Positions 50,656 through 59,850 are shown, counted from the stretch's first letter. The stretch is DNA of 64,000 bases from an uncultured Bacteroidota bacterium (GCA_903926855.1 CAIYKV010000044.1:8567-72566), one strand, 5' to 3'. Numbers and translations: made by a program. The notes: generated by a model not told the origin, from the sequence alone.

Positions 50656-50768
50656 GGATAGATCGCTTTTGGTACAAAGAAAACGGAATCGGCCCGAAAA
50701 CTGCCGGGTATATCACAATAATTATCCACTAAACGCAGATTGCTCCTGTAGATAAGGTAAAAGAAAGC

Positions 50769-51224
50769 CTATTCAGCGCCTCCGTCAGTTTTTTTGAGGG
50801 CATCGCGTATTTCCGCCAGTAATTTATCTGCATTGGATGCTTCTTCAGTAGCAACAGGTTGGTCTTTTTCTGATACCCTCTTTAAACGATTAATCGCCTG
50901 AATAACCAGAAAAACGGAGAAGGAAACAACGATAAAATCAAACACATTGGTAATAAAAGCACCATACTTAACCACTACTTCCGCTACAGCGGGTGTTACC
51001 AGTTTACCTGCCGCATCTTTTACGGCCGGAATTCCTTCTTTTAACACGAGCACTTTATCATTAAAATTAACACCGCCGGTTAGCATACTGATCAGCGGCA
51101 TGACAATTCCGTCAACGAAGGAGGTAACAATTTTTCCGAAAGATGCACCCATTACAAAGGCAACAGCAATATCTACCAGATTGCCCCGCATGGCAAACTC
51201 TTTAAACTCTTTAAGCATACCCAT
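50769..51224 (-). CDS. mscL: Large-conductance mechanosensitive channel
   Basis: MGMLKEFKEFAMRGNLVDIAVAFVMGASFGKIV is the canonical MscL N-terminus and TM1. Confidence 0.92.
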   Translation of the reverse strand: MGMLKEFKEFAMRGNLVDIAVAFVMGASFGKIVTSFVDGIVMPLISMLTGGVNFNDKVLVLKEGIPAVKDAAGKLVTPAVAEVVVKYGAFITNVFDFIVVSFSVFLVIQAINRLKRVSEKDQPVATEEASNADKLLAEIRDALKKTDGGAE

Positions 51225-51323
51225 ATTCAATCATTTTAGGGTGATGAAAGTAATTATTTTTTTGAAATAATACTTTTTTTCTCTGATTGTCTGTCTCTTA
51301 CAGGCTACATGAATAGTTTGCCC

Positions 51324-52070
51324 TTATTTTTTGAGGCCGGGGTATTGCATATTGAGCCCTTTTAATAAGGTATGCAAAGCACTGGCCACAATATATTCCT
51401 TATACCAGTTCTGGTCGGATGGAACGATTGTCCAGGGCACTGCATTACAATGCGTAAAGCAATCCTGATAGGCTTTCATATACAGTTTCCAGAGTTTGGC
51501 CTCTTCAAAATCCTTCTGGTTATACTTCCATTGTTTTTGGGGGTTCTTGATCCTTTCTTTTAATCGTATCTGCTGTTCTTCCGGAGAAATATGCAGGTAG
51601 AATTTAAGGATATGGGTGTTATTATGCTTCACCAGCAGGTCTTCAAATTCATTGATTGCTTTCATCCTGGTTTTGGCAACGGCATCGCTGCAGGATTTAT
51701 GTACCCGTGTTATAAGAATATCTTCATATTGTGATCTGTTGAATACCTGTATCGATCCTTTTGCCGGGGCATGTTCATGAATTCTTCATAAAAAATCGTG
51801 TGAAAGCTCCAAAGCAGTAGGTATTTTAAAAGAGGTTACCAAAACGCCCTGCGGGTTAAGTTTACCAAAAACATTTCTGACAGTTCCGTCTTTGCCACTG
51901 GCATCCATTCCCTGAATTACCACCAAAATGGCGTGCTTGGATTCTGCATACAAGAGGTTTTGCAAATCATCCAATTCTTCAATCAATTGGACGGTTTTGG
52001 CTTTTATTTTCTCTTTATCATGTTTTTTGGGGGCTTTGGTACTGATCTTATCGAGATGGATGGCTGGCAC
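51324..52070 (-). pseudogene. ppk2: Polyphosphate kinase 2 family gene interrupted by one in-frame TGA
   Basis: Track ORFs 51786-52070 and 51324-51665 are in the same frame. My translation of the gap reads ..[38 protein letters not shown].. The stop at 51786-51788 replaces the Trp of the conserved PPK2 DFLWR motif. The Walker A-like GMDASGKDG is present. GTG start. Confidence 0.8.
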
Positions 52071-52140
52071 GGTTAGGAAGTTTGTCTAAAAGTATCTTTT
52101 GCTTTTGTAAAAACAGCAACTTTGGGAAAAATTAGCATTA

Positions 52141-53007
52141 TTGAAAGATAAATTGATCAATTGGGCGCTTTTTCTCTCACTTTGTATGATATGGGGTAGT
52201 TCCTTTATCCTGATGAAGGGTGGCATGAATCGTTTAAGCGCTTACCAGGTGGCTTCTATTCGTATATTATGTTCGGGATTGGTACTGATTCCTTTTGCCA
52301 ATAAAGCTTTACGGGAAGTGCCTAAGAACAAGTTATTCCTGGTAATCTTATCCGGTTTGATAGGCAGTTTTGTTCCCGCCTATTTATTTTGTATTGCCGA
52401 AACCCGGATTGATAGCTCACTGGCAGCAATACTGAATGCGCTTACCCCTATGTTCACGATATTGATTGGGATTGGCTTTTTTCAGTTACAAGCCAAATTC
52501 ATCAAAATCATCGGCGTAATGATCGGGTTCATAGGTCTTACTTTATTAATGGCCAATAGTGGCAGGATCGGTTTTCAGCATCTTTCTTATTCTTCACTGG
52601 TATTAGCAGCCACTATCCTATATGGCTTGAATGTGAATATGGTAAGCAGGTATATGAAAGGAGTAAGTGCTTTGCACATAGCTACAGTAGCTTTTGTTTT
52701 TCTGATTATTCCCTGCCTGGTGATTTTATTTAGTACCGGTTATTTTGATTTACCTCTCACTACCCAACCTTTTGTTTTATCTACATTAGCCGCAGCTACA
52801 TTAGGCATTATGGGTACAGCAGTTGCGAGCATCATTTTTTATATGCTGATAAAACGCAATGGTACTTTATTTGCGTCAACGGTAACCTATGGTGTTCCTT
52901 TTGTTGCAGTGGGATGGGGTGTTTGGGGCGGAGAGAATATCAGCCTGATACAGGTAGGATGCTTAGGAATTATTTTGGTGGGGGTGTATTTGGTGAGTAA
53001 GAAATAA
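52141..53007 (+). CDS. DMT-superfamily (EamA-like) transporter
   Basis: Ten hydrophobic spans arranged as two EamA-like halves. TTG start. Confidence 0.8.
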   Translation: MKDKLINWALFLSLCMIWGSSFILMKGGMNRLSAYQVASIRILCSGLVLIPFANKALREVPKNKLFLVILSGLIGSFVPAYLFCIAETRIDSSLAAILNALTPMFTILIGIGFFQLQAKFIKIIGVMIGFIGLTLLMANSGRIGFQHLSYSSLVLAATILYGLNVNMVSRYMKGVSALHIATVAFVFLIIPCLVILFSTGYFDLPLTTQPFVLSTLAAATLGIMGTAVASIIFYMLIKRNGTLFASTVTYGVPFVAVGWGVWGGENISLIQVGCLGIILVGVYLVSKK

Positions 53008-53176
53008 TGAATAAACCAACCCCACTAATTGTCATTACTGGATAGAAAAATTAATTGTCGATTTTTTATACCATGGATTTTAAATTTTGTAATTTTATCC
53101 TGGTGACAGTTTCAATTCTTCGCCAGCTAAGGGTAAACCCCTTTCATCATTCCTATTTTACCCATTTATCCTAACA

Positions 53177-53231
53177 CCTTATAGAGACCTTATAGAGACC
53201 CTATAGAGACCTTATAGAGACTTTATAGGGA
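53177..53231. repeat. Five tandem copies of an 11-bp unit (ccttatagaga)
   Basis: Read directly: units at 53177, 53188, 53199, 53210 and 53221. Three are identical, one has 1 mismatch and the last has 3 mismatches. Confidence 0.9.
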
Positions 53232-53541
53232 ATTTGCTTCTTGTCAAAGTCGTATTAAGCTCGTATTTACTTTTTGTTTGCAATGATCTGGCTATCAGAT
53301 CGAGTCAGTATTCCTTTTTATCAGTTTTCGCAAAAACCGAAGGGGCTTTTAGTGTAACCGAAGCAAATACGACTATGATACGAAGGAATATAAAAGAATA
53401 TCCGAATAAGAGTTGAAGTGTATTGGAAGAACAATGATGAAAATATGATATTGCCTTACGTTAAAGGCTGGATATATAAATAACGAATTCGTTAAAACTT
53501 CAAGCTGATTAACCTTCTAAATCAATAATTATTAAGTGCCC

Positions 53542-54105
53542 TTACACCGACATCATCTCCTTCTCCTTCGCCGCCAAATGCTTATCTACCAAAACAATAA
53601 ACCTATCAGTCAATTCCTGTATTTCTTTCTCTGCATCTTTCGCAGCATCTTCACTTAAGCCATCTTTCTGTAGTTTTTTTACCTGCTCAATCGCATCTCT
53701 GCGGATATTACGGATCGCCACTTTGGATTGTTCGCCTTCGGCACTTGCTTTCTTGAATAGTTCTTTTCTTCTTTCTTCGGTTAAGGGTGGTAAAAACAAG
53801 CGTAACTGGTTGCCATCACTTTGGGGTGTGATACCAATATTGGCCTGCATAATGGCCTTTTCTATCGGTTGCAACATATTTTTCTCCCAGGGTTGGATAC
53901 TAATGGTTCTAACATCCAATACACTGATATTGGCCACCTGTGCAATAGGGGTTGGGGAACCATAATAATCAACATTAATACCATCCAGCATATTGGGATT
54001 GGCTTTTCCTGCACGTATTTTGGTCAGTTCTACTTCCAGGTGACTGATCCCTTTTTTCATACTATCTTCTGCGTCCTCGGCTATCAATGATAATTCTTCT
54101 GACAT
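53542..54105 (-). CDS. frr: Ribosome recycling factor
   Basis: 187 aa. Typical ..IR.G.A.P..L..I.V.YYG..TP..Q.A......R...I.PW... pattern. Confidence 0.96.
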   Translation of the reverse strand: MSEELSLIAEDAEDSMKKGISHLEVELTKIRAGKANPNMLDGINVDYYGSPTPIAQVANISVLDVRTISIQPWEKNMLQPIEKAIMQANIGITPQSDGNQLRLFLPPLTEERRKELFKKASAEGEQSKVAIRNIRRDAIEQVKKLQKDGLSEDAAKDAEKEIQELTDRFIVLVDKHLAAKEKEMMSV

Positions 54106-54227
54106 AATCTTTGTTTAAACTTGGGCGAAAATAGGAAATAGTTGATAGTTTACGATTTCTGCTTTGCCCCATTTAACAAACTATACACGCTGTACCAGAA
54201 ACTGTAAACAAGAAATGCCTAAGTCCC

Positions 54228-54235
54228 TATATTTG
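54228..54235 (+). promoter_or_regulatory. Bacteroidota-type -7 box (TATATTTG) for the transketolase N-subunit gene
   Basis: Matches TAnnTTTG 21 nt upstream of the ATG at 54256. Confidence 0.4.
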
Positions 54236-54255
54236 CAATACTTATTAAAAACACA

Positions 54256-55098
54256 ATGAGCAGTATACAGGATCTTCAAAAAACAGCCAGCCAGGTAAGG
54301 CGCGATATTGTAAGAATGGTGCATGCCGTACAAAGCGGTCACCCCGGCGGTTCGCTGGGTTGTGCCGATTTTATGACAGCCCTGTTCTTTCATTCTATGC
54401 ACCATCATCTTCCTTTTTTGATGGATGGTAAAAATGAGGACCTGTTTTTCCTTTCCAACGGACATATTTCACCGGTCTATTACTCTGTGCTTGCCCGTAC
54501 AGGTTATTTTGAAGTAAAAGAACTGGCTACTTTTCGTAAAATTAATTCCCGTTTACAGGGTCACCCTACTACACATGAACACCTGCCGGGTATTCGTATT
54601 GCCAGTGGCTCTTTGGGTCAGGGTATGAGTGTAGCCATTGGGGCAGCTTTAACCAAGAAACTGAATGGGGATAATCACCTGGTTTTTTCACTTCACGGAG
54701 ATGGAGAACTGGATGAAGGCCAGAACTGGGAAGCCATTATGTTTGCGGCTCATAAAAAAGTAGATAACCTGATCTCTACGATTGACTGGAACGGTCAGCA
54801 GATCGACGGTCCTACCAAACAGGTAATGGGATTGGATAGTTTACGTGCAAAATTTGAAGCTTTCAACTGGACCGTGATAGAAATGGATGGTAATGATATG
54901 GATGATACTGTGGCAACTTTGGATAAAGCCAAATCAATGACGGGTCAGGGTAAACCTATCTGTATTTTGATGAAGACTTCGATGGGTAAGGGCGTAGATT
55001 TTATGGAAGGAAGTCATGAATGGCATGGTATTGCGCCGAATGATGAACAATTGGCAAGGGCATTGGCGCAATTGCCTGAAACATTGGGGGATTATTAA
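54256..55098 (+). CDS. Transketolase, N-terminal (ThDP-binding PP) subunit of a split enzyme
   Basis: SGHPGGSLG, SNGH, and the GDGELDEGQNWEA ThDP/Mg motif. At 280 aa it covers the PP domain only. Confidence 0.9.
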   Translation: MSSIQDLQKTASQVRRDIVRMVHAVQSGHPGGSLGCADFMTALFFHSMHHHLPFLMDGKNEDLFFLSNGHISPVYYSVLARTGYFEVKELATFRKINSRLQGHPTTHEHLPGIRIASGSLGQGMSVAIGAALTKKLNGDNHLVFSLHGDGELDEGQNWEAIMFAAHKKVDNLISTIDWNGQQIDGPTKQVMGLDSLRAKFEAFNWTVIEMDGNDMDDTVATLDKAKSMTGQGKPICILMKTSMGKGVDFMEGSHEWHGIAPNDEQLARALAQLPETLGDY

Positions 55099-55126
55099 GA
55101 TCTGATTTTCTTATTTAATTAATAAG

Positions 55127-55167
55127 CCACAGATTCACAGATAGATTTTTTATCGAATAATCTGTGG
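55127..55167. terminator. Hairpin between the convergent transketolase and lolE-like genes
   Basis: 9-bp stem ccacagatt / aatctgtgg. The loop holds a second cacagat copy and a T6 run. Confidence 0.55.
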
Positions 55168-55203
55168 TATTTTATATCCCACAGCCGGGCAAAAAAGTTA
55201 CCC

Positions 55204-56418
55204 TTAGCTTTTCAAGGAAAATAATTGGAGGCTGGCTTTTCGGGATGGGAGCCATGCTGCGAAAAGGGCAATCAACAGAACGGTTCCTGTTACCAGGAAA
55301 AAATCTCCAACAGCCATTTTTACAGGGTAATAATCAATAATAAAACTGCTGCCTCCCAGTTTGATCAGTTTGAATTGGATCTGCAACCAACAAATAAACG
55401 TTGCAATAACAATACCTGCCCCCCCACCAATACCCGCTAATAAAAGGCCCTCACTTAGAAATATCTTTTGTACCATTTGGTCATTGGCACCCATGGCTTT
55501 CAGCACGGCAATATCTTTTTGCTTTTCGAGCACCAGCATCGTTAATGCACCAATCATATTAAAAGCGGCTACAATCAGTATCAAAGAAAGTATTCCATAG
55601 ATTACCCATTTTTCCACCTCCATTACACCATACAAGCTTCGGTTCTGCTCGTAACGGGTTTCAATACGGAAATTCGAACCCAGTTGTATTTGTAATAGTT
55701 TTTTTACTTTATCAGGGTCATCAGAAAGTTTCATTTCAATACCGCTGAACTCATCATGCTTCATCCCCAACATATATTTTACAAAACCCAGGTTACTGAA
55801 AACATACGCATTATCGAAATCCTGCTGTACGGCGAAAGTGCCGGACGGCATTACTTTAGCAGATAAAAGTCCATCTTCAGAACTGAGTTTTACGGCTTCT
55901 TTATTCGGCAAATAAATTACCGCAGGGTAAATGCCTTTTGTTACATCTACTCCTGCCGCGTTTTCAATACCAGCACCCACTACCAGCTTTGGGTCCTCAA
56001 TAGTTCCGAGGTCAAATTTGCCCCGCAGAATATGTTTGGGTGAGTTGATCTTATTGATCTGTGTAAATTGATTGTCTACTCCTTTTAAGGAAACGATGGA
56101 CTGGAATGCACCATTCAATACTGCCTTCTCTTCTGCTACAAAACTGATAACGGCCACTCCCTTGGTCTGTCGAATTTTTCTGATTTGTTCATCTGAGATA
56201 TGAAAAGTTTTTCCTTCAACAGGAATGATCCGCATATCCGCATAAAAATCGGAATACAATTCCTTAACCAATCCTTCAAACCCATTAAATACACTGAGTA
56301 CCACAATCAGGGCGGCTGTTCCTACGGCAATAGCCACCATACTGATCCATGCAATGATATTGATGGCATTTGTTGATTTACTGGACCTGAAATATCGCCA
56401 GGCAAAAAGCAGATTCAA
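55204..56418 (-). CDS. FtsX/LolE-like ABC transporter permease
   Basis: TM1, a large periplasmic domain and three C-terminal TM spans (FtsX fold). The N-terminus F.WRYFRS is typical of LolC/E. TTG start. Confidence 0.85.
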   Translation of the reverse strand: MNLLFAWRYFRSSKSTNAINIIAWISMVAIAVGTAALIVVLSVFNGFEGLVKELYSDFYADMRIIPVEGKTFHISDEQIRKIRQTKGVAVISFVAEEKAVLNGAFQSIVSLKGVDNQFTQINKINSPKHILRGKFDLGTIEDPKLVVGAGIENAAGVDVTKGIYPAVIYLPNKEAVKLSSEDGLLSAKVMPSGTFAVQQDFDNAYVFSNLGFVKYMLGMKHDEFSGIEMKLSDDPDKVKKLLQIQLGSNFRIETRYEQNRSLYGVMEVEKWVIYGILSLILIVAAFNMIGALTMLVLEKQKDIAVLKAMGANDQMVQKIFLSEGLLLAGIGGGAGIVIATFICWLQIQFKLIKLGGSSFIIDYYPVKMAVGDFFLVTGTVLLIALFAAWLPSRKASLQLFSLKS

Positions 56419-56464
56419 TACCGGTAATTTTATTGATAAGTTTTCTTACAAAGATTGACTGATT

Positions 56465-56836
56465 TTATTCGGAGTCGGGTGCTTTTTCGTCACCGATCTT
56501 TTTAAAGATCTCCTCCATTTTAAACACATAATCCAAGGTATCATCCAAATAAAAATGTAATACCGGGATTCTTCTTAATTGGTGTTTTACCCTGTCGGCC
56601 AGTTCTTTCTTAATTTCCCAGGCCCTGGCTTCGATGGTTTTCATTACACCCGCTGGTTCTTTTACCTGAAAAAGGCTCAGATAGATCCTTGCTTCGAGCA
56701 AATCCGGTGTCACTTTCACTGAAGAAATAGACACCATTCCTCCATCAATCATACCCAAACCCAGTCTTCTGAATATATCATTTAGTTCTTCCTGTAGTGC
56801 GCCTGCCACTTGTCTCTGGCGTTTACCTTCCTCCAT
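56465..56836 (-). CDS. rbfA: Ribosome-binding factor A
   Basis: 123 aa with the ..R..RV...L..EL..I.... and ..P.L.F..D.. patterns. Confidence 0.9.
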   Translation of the reverse strand: MEEGKRQRQVAGALQEELNDIFRRLGLGMIDGGMVSISSVKVTPDLLEARIYLSLFQVKEPAGVMKTIEARAWEIKKELADRVKHQLRRIPVLHFYLDDTLDYVFKMEEIFKKIGDEKAPDSE

Positions 56837-56899
56837 TTTCTAACATTTGATTGGCTACAAAAGTACTTACTTTGCTGTGTTTTACTGTTTTTACATTTT

Positions 56900-58720
56900 A
56901 TGAAACGATTTTCCAGAATATTTTTTTACCTGAGGAGCCAGAAAAGGAATATAGTTCTCTATGTTCTGTTCAATATCTTATCCATAGTCTTTTCGCTGGT
57001 ATCGCTGGCCATGCTGGCCCCTTTTTTACAAATGCTTTTCGGGAAGGAAAAACTACTGAACATTGCTCCCCAAGTGGGTTTTAATGCAAGCAGTATTTCC
57101 AACTATTTAAAATACCTGATCAGCCAGTTGATCAAACAACATAATGAGATTTATGCGCTTGGAGCGATTTGTGTAATGATACTGGTATCCATTTTTCTGA
57201 AAAACCTGTTTACCTACCTCTCATACAGGGTTTTAGCGCCAATGCGTAACTATGTAATGACCAAATTACGATCCGATTTATATGCCAAAATACTGGAACT
57301 GCCCATTGGTTATTTTACAGAGCAACGCAAGGGTGATATCATCAGTAGGATGAGTAATGACGCCAATGAGGTGGAATTTAGTGTATTAGGAACACTAGAG
57401 GGTCTTATTCGCGATCCATTAAATATCATTGTGATTCTGGTTTGTCTGATTTATTTAAGTCCGGCTTTATCCCTGTTTCTCATGGTATTATTGCCTTTAA
57501 CCGGGTTTATTATCGGAAGAGTAAGTCGTTCCTTGAAAAAGCAATCCACCGCCTCGCAGGAACAGTTGGGCACCTTGATGTCTATACTGGATGAAACCCT
57601 TAGCGGATTGCGGGTAATCAAAGCCTTTAATGCCGAAAGAATTTTGCGCTCTAAATTCTTTCAGACAAATAATACCCTGAACCATATCCGTAACAGGATG
57701 AATTTTCGTCGCGATCTGGCTTCACCGATGTCTGAGTTTTTAGGTGTAGTGGTATTATGCTGCATTTTATGGTTTGGCGGTAACCTGGTTTTGAATAAAC
57801 AGGCAGGATTGGAGGCAGATACTTTTATCACCTATATTGTATTTTTCACCCAGATCATTAACCCTTCCAAATCATTATCAACCGCTTTTTATAATGCCCA
57901 AAGAGGCAGTTCTGCTATTCAGCGGATTGAAGAAGTATTACAGGCTCCTGTAACGGTTACCGATATGCCGGGGGCGGCTGCAATTCCCAGTTTCAATCAT
58001 AGTATTGAATTTAGAAATGTTTCGTTTGCCTATGAAGACAATATCATTTTAAAAGATATTAACCTGGTAATTGAAAAAGGTAAAACCGTTGCCCTCGTAG
58101 GTTCTTCGGGTGCCGGAAAAAGTTCCCTGGCCGATCTGGTTCCACGCTTTCATGATGTTACGGGCGGGGAAATATTAATAGATGGAGTAAATATTAAGAA
58201 TTATTCATTGCATTCAATCAGAAACCTGATGGGGATTGTTACACAAGAACCTATCCTGTTTAATGATACGATTGCGAATAATATTACCCTTGGCTCGGAA
58301 AAAGTGACCGAAACTGAAATTGAGCATGCGGCTGCTGTAGCCAATGCTTTACAATTCATCCAGCAAAAAGAGGAAGGTTTTCAGGAGAATATAGGCGACA
58401 GGGGAACCAAGTTGAGCGGTGGAGAAAGGCAGCGGGTAACGATTGCCCGAGCAGTATTAAAGAACCCTCCGATTTTAATTCTGGACGAAGCCACTTCATC
58501 TCTCGATACAGAAAGTGAAAGATTAGTGCAGGATGCCATTAACCAGATGATGCAGAACCGAACATCGCTTGTGATTGCACATCGATTATCTACTATTCGC
58601 CATGCAGATGAAATCGTTGTTTTACAAAAAGGAATGATCATTGAAAGAGGAAACCATGATGAATTACTTGCCCAAAATGGTCATTACCGGAAGCTGGTAG
58701 AAATGCAGGAAGTGAAATAA
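56900..58720 (+). CDS. MsbA-like ABC exporter (fused TMD-NBD)
   Basis: Six-TM domain, Walker A GSSGAGKSS, LSGGERQR and Walker B ILILDEATS. The ATG at 56900 is used. The track ORF start at 56810 would overlap rbfA on the opposite strand. Confidence 0.9.
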   Translation: MKRFSRIFFYLRSQKRNIVLYVLFNILSIVFSLVSLAMLAPFLQMLFGKEKLLNIAPQVGFNASSISNYLKYLISQLIKQHNEIYALGAICVMILVSIFLKNLFTYLSYRVLAPMRNYVMTKLRSDLYAKILELPIGYFTEQRKGDIISRMSNDANEVEFSVLGTLEGLIRDPLNIIVILVCLIYLSPALSLFLMVLLPLTGFIIGRVSRSLKKQSTASQEQLGTLMSILDETLSGLRVIKAFNAERILRSKFFQTNNTLNHIRNRMNFRRDLASPMSEFLGVVVLCCILWFGGNLVLNKQAGLEADTFITYIVFFTQIINPSKSLSTAFYNAQRGSSAIQRIEEVLQAPVTVTDMPGAAAIPSFNHSIEFRNVSFAYEDNIILKDINLVIEKGKTVALVGSSGAGKSSLADLVPRFHDVTGGEILIDGVNIKNYSLHSIRNLMGIVTQEPILFNDTIANNITLGSEKVTETEIEHAAAVANALQFIQQKEEGFQENIGDRGTKLSGGERQRVTIARAVLKNPPILILDEATSSLDTESERLVQDAINQMMQNRTSLVIAHRLSTIRHADEIVVLQKGMIIERGNHDELLAQNGHYRKLVEMQEVK

Positions 58721-58751
58721 GGAAACTGACCGATTAAACTGGATACACAAA

Positions 58752-58793
58752 AAAGCCTTAAGCTGATGGGAATGCCGATCTGCTTAAGGCTTT
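58752..58793. terminator. Bidirectional hairpin between the ABC exporter and the DksA-like gene
   Basis: 12-bp perfect stem aaagccttaagc / gcttaaggcttt with an 18-nt loop. Confidence 0.7.
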
Positions 58794-58812
58794 ATCAGTA
58801 TAGTAAGTTGGG

Positions 58813-59844
58813 TTATTGTTCAGCTGTTGGCTTTACCAATCCCAGTTTGGCTTCAAGACTTAATGTTGCATGAGGTACGGCACGTAAACGGGCTTTATCG
58901 ATCAGTTTACCGGTAACGCGACAAACACCATAGGTTTTGTTTTCGATACGCATGGCGGCTTTTTCGAGGTGATCAATATAGGTGATCTGGCGACTTGCCA
59001 TCTGGCTAAGTTGCTCTCTTTCCATACTCATACTGCCATCTTCCATGGTCATATAGCGGGCATCATCATTATCACCACCCATTTCATCTTTACGGGTAAT
59101 CAGGCCTTGTAAATAAGTAAGTTCTTTTTTAGCTGCGTCCAATTTTTTAGTAATCAGTTCACGAAACTCGTTCAGTTCTGCATCACTATATTTAACCAGT
59201 GGGTCGCCATTGGTTTTGGCGGCATCTGTTCTTTTTTCTAATTGGGTATATCCGGGCTGATAAGGAATGCTCGTCTTTGTATTAATCTTAGGTACTTTCA
59301 CGTCTTTTATGGGTTCAGGTTGCTTTTTTACGGGTTTAACCGGAGGAGCGGGTGGGAGTTTTACTTCCACTTTTGGCTTAACTACGGGAATGGGTTTGGC
59401 TGGCACGGGTGCGGGTGCTGGTTTGGCTACCGGCCCAACTACCTTAGGAGCAGGTTTTGCCGCAACAGGACTTGGCTTAACTACTGACTTAGGAGCAGGT
59501 TTAGGAGCAGGTGCCGGTTTGGCAACTACTTTTTTTACCGGGGCTGCTTTTTTAGGAGCAGGTGCCGGTTTGGCAACTACTTTTTTTACCGGGGCTGCTT
59601 TTTTAGGAGCAGGCGCTGGTGCTTTTTTAGGAGCCGGCTTTGGTGCTGGCTTGGCAACAGCTTTTTTAACTGGCTTTGCCGGTGCTGCCTTTTTAGGAGC
59701 CGGTTTTACGACTGCTTTTTTGGCTGGCACGGTTTTTTTAGCGGGTACTGCTTTTTTAGGAGCTGGCTTGGGGGCAACTTTTTTAGCCGGAGCCGTTTTT
59801 TTAGACGGAGCCGCCTTTTTTGGAGCAGGTTTCTTAGTAGCCAT
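58813..59844 (-). CDS. DksA/TraR-family protein with a long N-terminal histone-H1-like K/A/P-rich extension
   Basis: The C-terminal ~140 aa has a coiled-coil (ELNEFRELI..KL..AKKEL..L) and YGVCRVTGKLIDKARLRAVPHATLSLEAK, a DksA C-terminal region without the four Zn-finger cysteines. The N-terminal ~185 aa is almost entirely K, A, P and V. Confidence 0.75.
   Translation of the reverse strand: MATKKPAPKKAAPSKKTAPAKKVAPKPAPKKAVPAKKTVPAKKAVVKPAPKKAAPAKPVKKAVAKPAPKPAPKKAPAPAPKKAAPVKKVVAKPAPAPKKAAPVKKVVAKPAPAPKPAPKSVVKPSPVAAKPAPKVVGPVAKPAPAPVPAKPIPVVKPKVEVKLPPAPPVKPVKKQPEPIKDVKVPKINTKTSIPYQPGYTQLEKRTDAAKTNGDPLVKYSDAELNEFRELITKKLDAAKKELTYLQGLITRKDEMGGDNDDARYMTMEDGSMSMEREQLSQMASRQITYIDHLEKAAMRIENKTYGVCRVTGKLIDKARLRAVPHATLSLEAKLGLVKPTAEQ
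59503..59604. repeat. Perfect 2 x 51-bp tandem duplication inside the K/A/P-rich coding region
   Basis: 59503-59553 is identical to 59554-59604. It encodes KKAAPVKKVVAKPAPAP twice. A diverged third copy begins at 59605. Confidence 0.9.
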
Positions 59845-59850
59845 AGAGTT

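Noticed and set aside
51786-51788. Alternative genetic code (TGA=Trp) or selenocysteine at the PPK2 stop.
   Set aside because: Every other long gene in the window is intact under the standard code. If TGA encoded Trp, many genes would appear fragmented. The position is a conserved Trp, not a Cys/Sec site, and I saw no SECIS-like hairpin.
53177-53231. CRISPR array.
   Set aside because: The repeats are 11 bp and directly abutting, with no spacers. There are no cas genes in the window.
53234-53416. 60-aa ORF in the orphan spacer.
   Set aside because: TTG start, no upstream promoter box or RBS-like context, and hydrophobic, low-information composition. It overlaps the inverted-repeat structure, so it is more likely non-coding.
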